This document shows positions 25,522-38,400 of a DNA stretch of 64,000 nucleotides, in pieces (the stretch's first letter is position 1; every line of letters starts with the position of its first letter). A model generated the notes under the pieces. It was not told where the DNA came from. It saw nothing but the letters and a program-made list of their open reading frames with translations, and searched no databases. The position numbers were made by a program, and so were the translations under genes. Source of the DNA: Balanoglossus misakiensis. Lineage: Eukaryota; Animalia; Hemichordata. Location of the stretch: positions 3,542,275 through 3,606,274 of the forward strand of contig CM082587.2 in assembly GCA_040954595.2 (NCBI GenBank), in the 5' to 3' direction.

Positions 25522-26513
25522 CCTCAATTTTTAGCGTTAGCCGTTTACATTCACTTCTGCAAAATGATCACACAGTGTACACCGCCTCTCCTCATGTGAC
25601 CCCAGAAGATGGCGGATTCCCAGCATGCACCAGGCAGGGATTTCCCAAGACCCTTTAACTTCATTGAAATAAAGTTTTAAACTCCCTAAGAGGACGTACA
25701 GTTTACACAGCTCATAGATTTGGTGGACTTGAATCTATTGTAGGACGGCTAGCAAATACGAATTTAATCAAGTATTTAAAAAAAATGAATCCAAACATCT
25801 GCATTCATCATATTGCACTGTTCATCAATGTCATCTTTTATTTCAACTATTACATGTTGCTACACACACCTTCAAACTGAAAGTCATATTTTCTGAACTG
25901 ATACAATTAAAATTCTAAAATAATTTATGGACTTTATAAAGATAAACTTCTAAGAACAGTTATGTTGTACAGATCATTGACTATTATTCAATGAAACGTT
26001 TAATTAAACTGCAATAATTTGCAAAACTGCAACTAAATGTACTGTACATGTAAGCTTGTAAAATCAAAATGTATTCATCTGACACTTTTTCAATAAAAAC
26101 AAGAGTCTTGACAACTGTTTTACGACACAGATAGTCAGTTATTTTATTGACTTTCTCATATGTTTAACATGAAGTAAATAATGATTTTGGAAAAGTCACA
26201 GGTCTACTAGGTCTGCAAAAAGGGGTACCTTTTAACAGAATACACTTACAAATGTAAAATGGAATTAGAAAGAGAAAAACAACAACAACACACAGTTGTT
26301 AGAGAGAATTCTGAACAATACTTTGTCTTGATTATGATAAATTATCGTGTTTGGGCAGAAAGGGCTATTTTTGCTTGAGGTGATCATCAGTCAATCAGGT
26401 TGATGCCACAACAGCAGGATTTGAGACCAACCTAGAAGTTGTATGGTACGAGCCATTTTCCTAGAAAAATACACTGGGTCAAACCATTTCTTAGTGTTCA
26501 CATAGGGGTGGTT

Positions 26514-27911
26514 TTAAAACCACCAGTATCTAATGTACACAAGTAACATGATTACAATGACAACGATGGCAGCGATTTTTGCGTGCGTCGATCGAAGGTT
26601 CAGATATTTGGCATCTTGCTTGTACTTCTTTGATAAAGTTGAAAGATTGCTGGCTTTGTCATCAAGAACTGCAACAAAGAGAGGCAAAAAATGTTAGATG
26701 AATGGTGGTTAATATGAAGTGGTCATAATTTACTTTGGACTTACTGTGCTTTTGGCCAGGCCCAATAGTTTCCAAGCAGTGGTGCAAGAACTTATATAGT
26801 GAGGCATTCTCTTTCCCTCAGTGCAGACGATACAAGAGACAGGCTGGCAGACTACCGTGACGTACCTGATAAGGCTACTCCCCTGGCTAAAACATCATCT
26901 ATATTTTGTACCATGATCCTTTGCACATCTTGAAGTTCACTGTTGAGTACATTGACATGTCGCCGTGACCTTGCATCCATGTACTGCTTCTTTGCTTTCT
27001 GTATATATGTGTCTGGAGTGGTACAAAACAATCAGTGAACGTTAGCGGTTTTCAGGAAATAAAAGAATGACAATCCAAGAATATGGAATGAGACCTTTTC
27101 TTAAAAGCCATGATCATGACAGTGAATTATTTGACGTACAGTTACTTACCAAATTCAATAAAACTGTATGGCCTGGATACCATGCTAACCCTTCTACCAT
27201 ACTGTGTGTAAAATTCAGCTTGTATATCATCTAAATAAGTGAAGGCTAACTTTTTGGGATACGTTCGCTCACATAAAACAAGATAGCAGACTGATCTGTC
27301 TATGAGATAGCTGCAAGAGAAAACAATAGATAGAATTTGGTTAAAACAATACTGCATGTAGTAATACAGTAGTACAAACTTGACTGTAAAGAAGGATTGA
27401 TGGTTGATGTTCCACTTAATGAGATCTCAATACTTACTGGAACATCATTGTTGGTCCTGTTTCAATGCTACATCTGATTGGTGAACTGTCATTCAACTTT
27501 CTAAACAACAACTTGGCTTGATTTTGGTAATCTGTGAGACTTCGACCACTCTGCAGAAAGGTAAATACATGTAGGCAATTAAACACAAGTAATATACTAT
27601 CAGACCCATCAGATGGATGATACCGTATGGTATATAACAAGTGGGTGTGTTTGCTGGTGCAGAATAATTCTACATTCAATAATAAATCACTTCAAATAAT
27701 CATTCCACATATGCTGACGTGGCTCTAACAAGTGTCACCTTCCATTGCACAAAATGACACACACGATCTTCCGAGAGAAACGTTTTATGTCCGCTGTAGT
27801 GATGTAGATGTGTACATATCAGTTACATTTGTTTACCTGTTCGTCCTCCTGCATTGATGCTGCGAGGGGGAGTCCGTCGGCCACACGGGCGATCATCGTA
27901 AGAAGAACCAT
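26514..27911 (-). CDS. SEC22B: Vesicle-trafficking longin R-SNARE SEC22b, 216 aa, 5 exons
   Basis: Exons 27837-27911, 27438-27550, 27150-27310, 26866-27012 and 26514-26668. Motifs [51 protein letters not shown], and a C-terminal TM ending YIRYWWF. Confidence 0.97.
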
Positions 27912-28340
27912 TTTGGTGACGTTATGTAGCTGTACGCAGTTTTAATGTGGCCCTCCTACTCTACGAAGTGTGAAGAGCGGAGAAAGAGTCAACAAACGCT
28001 GCAACGTTTACATCAATATGAGTCAGTCACCAATTCAAGATCGACGGAAATCTTACAACGTGGCAGTTTGCGCATGTACGGAAATGGTTAACCGAACACT
28101 TCCGGAAAATACCGAACACTATTCTCTCTTGAAAAGAAAGGTCTTGACTTTAATTAAATGGCGATAATATCATCATCCCTATATGACCTTCAATATGACA
28201 GGCTTTTCTTGTGCTCCGAAAGTTTATTCACCCATATCCACCCCTTTTCTGAGTGTTTTTGTGTAACGACATAGCGGTTAAAGGTTACTTTCTGGTGCGC
28301 AAGCGTAGGACACGTCGCTAAAACAAAATGGCTGCCTTTA
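27912..28340. promoter_or_regulatory. Bidirectional promoter between SEC22B and SEC16
   Basis: Divergent genes about 400 bp apart. ETS-like CTTCCGG ~28099, ACGTGGCA 28058-28065, GACACGTC 28309-28316, YY1-like AAAATGGCTGCC ~28325. SEC16 non-coding exon donor CGG|gtaagg at 28428. Confidence 0.65.
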
Positions 28341-29420
28341 TTCGTCGGTGAAAATATGATGCGAGATTTTCACCAGATTTTCGCCAAAGTTGTAAACTCT
28401 AACGCAATATAATAATTCACAACATCGGGTAAGGCATTGAACATTTTTCAACGTTACTGTGGAGAGCTGTTTTTAACGAAATACCTCTGAAATACGATCT
28501 ATATTGACGAGAAGAAGTGCATCACGCTCGTCGCTAGCCAGTTCCTGTTTTCAGTGAATCACAGTACACACAGGTATGACGACTTCGAATATACTTCTGA
28601 CTAGATGTTTACTCAAGATCGTGGTGCATTACAATTCAATGACTAACAGCCTATTTTTAAATTGGAGAGTTGTTTCTATTACTTTGCCAGTTATTTCATG
28701 TACAAGATAATTGTACTTTCGTGCGAACCATATGCTACGTTCTGAATTAATAAACTGAACAGTCACATCTTGTGTAGAATAATCTGAAATTGACCCACTT
28801 TTAGTCTCACGACGCCAACCAACTATTCCGTCATTACAAAATCCGTGTATCCGTGATTCGCATAAGCCTAATCACTTAGTTTCCACCTCAATTGCATATT
28901 CGATACCAATAACTATATTATCATAACCCGTTCCCTTGGTTGAAAATGGGCGGATACGACATCATTTGACCGTGACGACAATGCCGGTGATACTGTTGTG
29001 TGGCTTTAGATAATAGCTATCGGCGAGAGATAAACAAATTGTGCGAATTGTGTGAATCAATTCATTCTTCCATGTCCTGGATTTTGTTGATTCGCATTTT
29101 CTTCACAATTGTTTTTTTACAGCATGCAGTTACACTTGGCCTTGCAGCCGGAGCTTTAACAGTTGCTGTGCTTGTATTATTTTGTGTTTTTCCAAAAAAT
29201 TTCTTGTGACATACTCATTATGGCATGTATATTATTGCTGTATCTGCCACGTCAGTGAGTCTATGAATGATTTGCAAGGTTTACAGAAGTGTTAGGCAGC
29301 TTTTTCAAATGCCGATTCACTAAAAATCCCATGTTATTCGTACACATATGTTGTAGCTTTGTGAAACATGTTGTAGGGGTTCTTCATTTTCTCTTGTCTT
29401 TTTTAGGGTAAGGTGACATC

Positions 29421-32400
29421 ATGTCTGGTGAAAACCAGAGTGGATACATGTATGGAGGTAGGTACATCATACACATTTCACTGGTGTATTTACACTTTTA
29501 TGTAAGAACCAAGGATTTTAAGAATGTGACATTGGTCACCTATTATTGACTTCTGATACATAGTAAAATTTTCGAGTTTGCTAAAATTTTTGACTTCTAT
29601 TACAGGTGATTCAGGACAACAGCCACCTTATTATCAACAGCAGAACGGACAGAGTTGGAATGGTGGTCAGAACGACATGGGGACCAACCAAGAGTTTCCC
29701 CCACCTCTGTCACAGCCAGCGGGGCCGTCACCCATGCCGCAGTTCTTCAATCCGTCTGATTTCAATGCCCAAGGACAGCCCCTGATGTTCAGTCCACACA
29801 ACCCGGACCCAAAGCAACAGGTAACAGGACAACAGGGACAGCAGCAACTGCAACAGCACTCTGAATTTGGACACCAGGGTCTGCCGCCAAAGGAAGCAGG
29901 AATCGACCAGCATCCACCACCCCAGCAGTATCAGCAGCAGTGGGGGCCGAACTTTGAAGGGCAGAATTGGGGCCAGCCGGGAGGTTACGGCCAGCAGAAT
30001 GTGTATCAGAATCAACACAGCTGGGGTGATCAAGGAGAGAGTATACCACAAAACTCGCAGCATTTACAACAACAAAATTACAATGTGCATGAACCGAATC
30101 AACAGAATTCAGTGTTCAATCAGCCCGGGTACGGCTACGATGGCAATGTGCAAGGCTTGCAGCAGCCTGCAAACTTTCAACGGACAGGAGATGCGAACTT
30201 GCAGAATTCGTGGCCACAGCCAGACCCGAACATACAGTTACAATCCCCGATGGACAGCCATGAAACCATGTCCAGGTCTAGTTCAGGGGGCGTTTTAGCA
30301 GCATTTTTTGAGGACGATCACTCGGACGGAGGTTTCCCCAACTCAAGTGGGCACAGTAGCCTCAATTACAGCCAGGGCAAGAATGACCACCAGAGTCCTG
30401 TGAATGAGTCGTTTAGTGCAAACGGTAGCGGTGCAATTTTCCACAAACAGACTTTCTCGCCGAGTCCGGAAAACCAACCATGGGGTCAGTCCTTCCAGCC
30501 ACCAGTTCATGAACAGCAGTTGGAACCTGAAAACAAACAACAACCTGGTGTAGAAACCCAGTCAGGCGCTGAAGGTATCCATCCCACTTTACCGGTGTCT
30601 GAGCCACTGCCACAAAATATGTCGGAAAATCAGCAGGAACCTCGCAATGAACAACACAACACTAATTTCCATCAAATTGTCCAAGAGAGTTTCGGTGATC
30701 CTCATGTGGGTGTGGTCGACAAAGAAAGCGCTGACGGATTTCCTTTTAATCAAGAGCAGGTTATGAACTCAGACGCTGCCACTAGTGCGGAAAACAGTGT
30801 CAATGGCAGGACTGAACCACAGAATCGGATGGATGAACTTGAAGTTGAAAGTATAACTTCCAATGCCTCGCAGGTGCCAATCAGTCAGCAGTCGGAGCAT
30901 TTGACGGCCCAACCAGAGCATGGCCATGTTGATCAGGTTCATGCCGAGCGGCCGTGGAATCACCGCCCTCCAGGTGATCTGGCTGCAGAGCTTGGTGCAG
31001 GGAATGAAGTGATAGGTGAGTTACCTGGACTGGTTTGCACGAGTGCTCTATGAGTCCTGAATATGTAGTGACTGCTGTGTGTGTTTCCATCACAAAATGT
31101 ATATAACAATTTACAATTTACATTATCTCATGTCAGTGTTGTTGTGTTTCATTGATAGGCGACCAAAGTGCATCCCAGTCAGCTCAGTACTACAACCCTG
31201 ATCTCATCCTGGGCATCCCGAACCAAGTCCCTCATCAAGTTGACCTCAAGGGTGACCACAGCGTCGCCAGTGGTGGCCTTTCAGACACCGGCAGCCAAGG
31301 CAGTTCCTCAGGCCCGATAGCGTTTGCTGCGTCGGATCCCCACAGCAGGAGTAGTCCAGCAGTGGCGGATGTGATACCTTCAACCGGAGAACAAATGGCG
31401 AGGCATGGCAGAACTTCGTCGGTAGATTCCAGCAGGAGTAGCCACAGTACAGGCAGTGGTCACAGACTGTCAGCACAGAGAGAGTCTCCCCTGCTGGCTA
31501 ATGCAGCTAGACTGGGACATCACCAACCTCAGAATCTCAGTTCAGGAGGACATACCCCTCCCCTGCAGCAGCCCCAGCGTCACAGCCCTTGGGATCTCCA
31601 CCATGGCAACTTACAAACTCCACCCAGCCCGCAGGATGCACAGCCTGTTCAGGGGGTGTTCCGAGAAAGCACACCGGTAGAAGCGCACCCAGCCTCACAG
31701 CCATTTCAGCAGCAATCAGAGTCCACTCTGCAACAGCCTGAACATCATCCAGTTCAACCTGAACCCGTTCAGCAGCAGCCAAATCAGCAACTTGACCTGC
31801 ATCATTCTGAGATGCCACCTTTCCAGGAGCAGCCGCAGCCTGATTCTGTTCAAGATGTACCACAACACAAAGCTGAAACTGACATCAAAGAAGGTGGTTT
31901 TGGGCCTCCAGGTAGCATTCCTGTAGAGGGAGCATCGCCCGAACACTCCCTACCAGGTGAACCACACTCAAGTCCCGGAACCCCAAGGTCACTGGGAGCA
32001 GATGTACCGCAAAATATCAACCACAGCCGGGTTGTAAGTCCATTCCAGCCTCCAAGTGTGCCCGGCTATCCTGCGAACCAACGCCGTGTTGCTGCCAATG
32101 AACTGAGCATACACCCTGGTATGCCTGCACAAAGAACGAATTTACATTCAGCGGGGCCATATGGCAAGAGTGAACTGCTTGGTGGACCTCCAGGCCAACC
32201 ACCACCGCCACTTGCAGCGTCGCAAGGCCAGCCCACTCAGCCCTCAGTAACTCAACCCCAACAAGCGGATGGCCCCACTAATCTGCCGCCAGCTACCAGT
32301 AAAGAGAATAGTCAGAGTGAAGTTCCACCACAGGTTGCTTCACCAGCCAGAACAGGCCCAGCCACAACTCAACCTGTGACGACTGTCTCTCACAGTCACA

Positions 32401-35400
32401 GCCAGAAACTGCACCATCCGACCCCTTCAACCTCAGATGTGATCAGACAGAATAATCTGAGAGCCACGGTGGCGCCTTCTCCTCCAACCAGTCTTTGGGC
32501 AACAGATGACGTGCCGTCACTTCCAAGTATGATAGTTTTAGCTCCTCCGGCAGCGCCCAGCTCGGCGAGCAGCCAGGAGCTGGAAGTTCCCAAACCCGTG
32601 CAACCATTCCCTCAAACTAGACCCGTTCTGCTGCTACCAGCAACACAGACGCCACAGGTCATGCAGCCCCCTGCTGCTCCAGTTCCCGTTCTACCCACCC
32701 CGCCTTCTTCCAAAGAGCCAGAGAATCCAGTTACTGCACCGCCAACGTCTGCTTCTCAATCTGGTGAAGCAGTTCAACAGCGGGATCACGCTTCTTCCCA
32801 AGACAGTGCCTTCAACCAAGCAGCAGTGAGGCTGGACAACCTCCACCTCAATTTGAACTCGGTGAACCAGCCGGGCATCAGCGTGCCCCGTCAAGTGTCA
32901 AGCAGTGCCAACCAAACACAGATGCCGGCATCCCAGACAACTGATGCCCTTCAGAAGACTCCGGTTGGAGCTGTACAGCAACAGCAGCCACAACAACCTC
33001 AATTTGTGCAGCAGCAACAGCATCAACAGCCAACAGCATCTCAGTCTGCAGCTACTCCACAGCATCAGTCTGACTCAATGCTGCAGCAGCAGCAGCAGCA
33101 ACCACCTGCTAGTGGACCTCTGCATCAGATAGGGTCAAATCCAGGACCGCAGCATGGTCAGAACAATCCAGTGCAACAGCAGCAGCCAACACAACAGCAG
33201 CCAACACAACCACTGCAGCAGCAGCCAACACAACCACTGCAGCAGCAGCAGCAGCAACAACAACAACAGCCAAATATGCAACATCCCACGCCTCAAATAG
33301 ACCAGACTCCTTCCAAGGATCCAAGGCATCAGCAATACCCCCCTTACCAGGGTGTGGACAGGACTGGCTCACCAACTGGCTCGACGCACTCGCTGCCATA
33401 CCAAGATGACCGGTCCTACCCGCCGCACCACTACAGAGACTACGACCCCCGCTACAACCGACCATCCTCGAGAAGGGACCCTTATGAAGATCCCTACTAT
33501 GACCAGTACGGTCGCAGGGAACCGGAGAGATCACACTCCAGACAAGGCATGGAATATGACAGACCTCACTCACGCCAAGCTTACGATCATGACAGGTATG
33601 GGCGGAGTGGACATGATTATCGATATGGTTACGACGACCCTTACAACAGATCTTATGGTAGAGACTATTATGGCAGACAAGGAAATTACTATGGTGAGTT
33701 TTTTTTAAATTGTCATTCCAGTAGTTATTATACATGTAAATGATGGGTTTGCTGGGTTTTTTAACACATGGGTACAACGCGTACACATCATCTAGTTTGT
33801 GAATTCAAGTACGTGTATGTTTGAGTGGTGATGGATTTTTCTAATAATGTATTGTTTCATTCTTAGCAGATTATGATAGCTATTACAGAGATTACAGAAC
33901 AAGAGAGTATAGCGACTATGACAGGCGGTACTACGACGACTACAGATACAGTGAAGCCTATAGGGATGAGTATAGCAAGCAATACTATGACCCCCAAACG
34001 GGCTACATGAGTAGAGAGTTGTATGAAGGCTATGACCAACAGAATGTGCAGTCACAGTCGTACGGTGACAAGTGGGCCAATGAATCGGGTGATCAGTCTC
34101 GAGATATTCCTGATGGCAGGTAAGCTTATGCTAGTGTCGCGTATCCCTGACTTTGATTTAACCTCTCACCAACATGGTTTGGTCCAACTCCATTGTTCTC
34201 ATGGCATTGCTGTACCTCTATGCAGAAAAGTGGGGGGTGAAAGGGTTAACTTTGGTGAATGAACGTCGATGTATGCATTTTCTAATGTAAATTTTCACTT
34301 TCAGTTATTTACAGGAGGCACCGGATAATTACAGTGGTGAACAGAGTAGTGCGTATACTCCAGCGTATGACGAGTACGGCAATCAGATCAGACCAGAACA
34401 ACAGGATCAACAGCAGAGTGGATATGATTCACTAACAGGCTATGGCTACAGCAGCAATGAACAGTCCTGGCAACAGTCCGAACAGGAACCGGAAGGTATG
34501 TGAGATAAGAAGTTCTAGGCTCCACTGGTACTGGGAGTGTTTCCCCCTGGACATTCGCCACACAAACATTTCCCTCTCACACAAACACACACAGAGATAT
34601 GAGACCTTTAGTCTTGTCTTGGAAACTACCTTGACTGTAACAGTTCTGTATGCGTAATATTGCAGCCACAGAGGTTCCCATTCCGGGAAGGATGACTCCG
34701 GAGAAACACGGAATTCCCCACGTGATAGCCAGATTCAGTCCAAGTGGGCATCTCATCAAAGTACTGCCAAACAACCCGGCAGATGGCATGACAGCCAGTG
34801 TGGAGATGCACTCAGTGGAGGTAATGCTGGGAGACTCAGATGACGCACAAGAACTCAAAGCTTTCCCAGGACCTCTGGTCAGGTGAGCTTTCTGTTTTAC
34901 ACATTTTGAGAGAACCAACTTGGAACTTGACGCATTATAAGGAGTCAACAGAGATTCGAGTTTTAAATTGCCATTAAAGTTAACGCAAACGGCATAACAG
35001 GACCTAATTTGTTCATTGATTTACAGAAATGACACCCACAAAAGTGATGTGGTAAGATTTGCTGCAGACAAAGCAGCAGCTTGTAGGACCAGTACGGGCT
35101 ACGCAGACAAGAATTCGGCTGCTCTTCTGTGGGAGCTGATGGTTCTCTTGTGCAGACAGAATGGGGTAAGTAAAGCTAATACTCTTACTTGGGTTATTTT
35201 TGAACATTGAAAGAAATAATAGACATAGACAAAGGGACAGACATATTGACAGCTAACGTACAATGTCGACTAGTTGAAAGAAGGTAAAATGATGTGATCG
35301 TCTCAGTACATTCATTGGTGTTTGAATCCACTCTGCAGAGTGTGGATGGCACAGACATCGCCGAGCTCCTGATGAAAGGCCACCCAATGGTGGAGTCTGG

Positions 35401-38400
35401 ATACAGCAGTCCTGAGAAACAATCTCCCACAGAGGAAGAAGAAAACCAGGAAAGTCTGCCAACTGTGGAACTCCCAACACTGAAAACAAGCACGAAATTA
35501 GCCACCAGTGGTCTGGACATGGAGAGGGAAGTGCGCAGATTCCGGGAAGTTCTGCTCTTTGGCAAAAAGAAGGTAATTATCCTCACAATGGTTCGATTTT
35601 GTGATATTACATCTACTAATTACCGTTTATTGCCTAATGTAATTCAGCCATCTCATTAAATTTTGATTCTCTAAATACTTTTCAGGATGCATTAGAATCA
35701 GCCATGAAAGGTGGTTTGTGGGGACATGCGTTGCTTCTGGCCAGTAAGATGGATTCCAGGACATATGCAAATGTGATGACAAGGTAAGACCTGGCTTTGT
35801 AGTGTATCATCGGGTTTAGTCACGTTTTTGTCAAAACATTCATGGAGAATAAACTACCTTCTGTTTCTGTTGATTCATGCAGGTTTGCCAACAGTCTGCC
35901 CATGAATGATCCACTACAGACTCTCTACCAGCTGATGTCTGGACGGCAACCAGCTGCTGCTACGGTGAGTTCCAAAAATAAAAACGACACCTCTACCGAT
36001 TTACTTGTAGAATAGGTTTACCAAACATCCCTCAAAATACCACAGATCATCTCAGAAATGAGATGTTAACAGATGCCAAGTTCTTTCACTTGTAACCTTT
36101 TAATGATAGTTGATGTGTGTATTTACAGAGCTGTGCTGATGAGAAATGGGGTGACTGGATCCCGCATCTTGCAATGATTGTGTCCAATATCCAGAAAGGT
36201 GATGTTGATAGGAAGACTATAACCACTATGGGAGATACTCTTGGTGAGTTCTACAACACTTCATAAAAAAACCTGAACATGAACATTATAGCTGTTTGAT
36301 AACTTATTTGACAACCAGTGATTTCTGTTAACACCTTCACATATTCTAAGCTTCCCTTTCCCCCTGCTGTTCGACATTTCAGGTGCTAAAGGTTTACTTC
36401 ACGCCGCCCAGTTCTGTTACATTATGGCCCAGGTTGGTCTGGGATCGTATATGAAGAAAAGTACAAAGATGGTGCTCCTTGGATCAAGTCACAGGTAAAA
36501 GAGTTGTCCTTCTACTGAATTTACATTCACCATACAGTCACCTATCTAATGGTAGTAATCGTCCACTCTGTCTTTCTCTCTCTTACAGTCTGCCATTCAA
36601 ACAGTTTGCTTCTATTGATGCCATACAACACACGGAGGTCTACGAATACTCCCAGATGCTGGCCAACAAACACTATCTTTTACCCAACTACCAGGTTTAT
36701 AAGCTGATGTACGCTGCAAAGCTGGCAGACTATGGTCTTGCTGTACAGGTAGGTTCTGCTGGGGAGTCTTCTTTCAGCTCAAACAAAGTCATAAAAAAAC
36801 TTCCAGCGAATGACTCTTAGGTGTTTTCCCGTTTTTCGTCCTCTCAAATTACATTTTTTAGTCTAACAACTTATTTTCTTTTCTACAGGCCTTGTATTAC
36901 TGTGAAATCATCAGTAATACCATAACCTTGGCTCCCCAAATGTTCAGCTCAGCGCTGGTTGGACAGCTGTATGAGGTAAAGATTAAGGCAATGACTTGAT
37001 CTGTTTCTGCTGTTTTGTTGGATGAAAAAGAATGCCACTGAAGCATTCTTACACATGAAATTTCTCAGCTCGACTCTCTACTTTTCTTACAGTTGGGGAA
37101 CCGTTTGAAGTACCATGACCCTCAGTATTACGTGGGCGGGGACATCAGCGAACCTCCATGGCTGTTCAAACTTCACCTGATTCAACAGCAAATGAAGGTA
37201 GGCTAGCCATTAGTAATGGGCTGTGTGTATTAACCTTTTCAGCACCATGGTTTGGTCTGCAAGACTTTTACATGTCCAGATATTCCTTTGTTCAGTTTAA
37301 ACATATGCTGTGATTGTCCCAATGTCATGACTGGTTTATTCTCCCCAACTATTTTGCAGGAGGGTGTAATCCAGCCTCCTCCCACCTCTGGCACCCCCAT
37401 GCCGTGGGTGTACTCCTCCTCCAACCTAAGTGGCGTCGACAGCCTGGACACCCCCTTCATCGGCATGTCCGTGGAGAACTCCTACGCCAACCTGCAGGAC
37501 TATGTCGGCACGTTTGATATATCTGATGTTGGCAACCAGTCCAGAGCCAATCAACACCTGCATGATTTACAGCACTTTGCAGCTGATCAGCTCGGTACAG
37601 GTGAGTGAGCGAGTCTTGATTAATCCAAACGCTCGGTCAACAACTTCCAATTATACTTCATGGTAGAGTTTAACATGCTGAATGGATTGTCTTACAGGAG
37701 CTGGATTTACCATGACCGCAAGTAGCAACTCGCCCGCTGGGGCTCAGACACCGGCTGGAATGACTCACCAGGGCTATGTGCAGGATCTGAACAGGGCAAC
37801 CCCGGCAGACCAACCAACTGCACAGCAGTATGCCCCAACAGACACTATGAGCCAACAACAATATCAACAACAACAACAACAACAAAATCAAGGTGATATT
37901 TACCAACAGTTCCAGAACTACGGACAGCCAGTTCAGGACTTGGGGGCGTCAATGAATAGTGAATACAGTACTACAGAAGCCACCGGAGAGTCTGGAGAGG
38001 ACACGGAATTTGTGGAGAGCGGAACGTCGACCAAATTTGATTATTACGCAGCCAGTGTTCAACAGGTCAGTCATCTGTGCTCGTCAATCATGTATCATAG
38101 ATAGCAATTCACTGGCCAAACCATACTAATACAAACAATGAGGAGAAACCAAGTGATTATATAGAAAAGGTAAAAATCAAACATTTTGTTTCTTTTGCCT
38201 GTGTAGAACCAGCAAGACCAGGAAGGAGAGATAACTCCCGTAGCTCAACCATCCAGCCCCAACACTCCCCTCACGCCAACCGAACTTCCCAAAGAACCTG
38301 CACCACAGCCCAAAGTGGTTGAACCGCCCAAGAAACCATCGCCTGCCAAGGTGGAGGAGAAGAAACCGGAGAAGAAGATGAAGACGGTGAAGACCGCTGG

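Noticed and set aside
33109-33786. 225-aa - strand ORF and other ORFs overlapping the large SEC16 exons
   Set aside because: Antisense or alternate-frame shadows of Gln/Pro-rich coding sequence.
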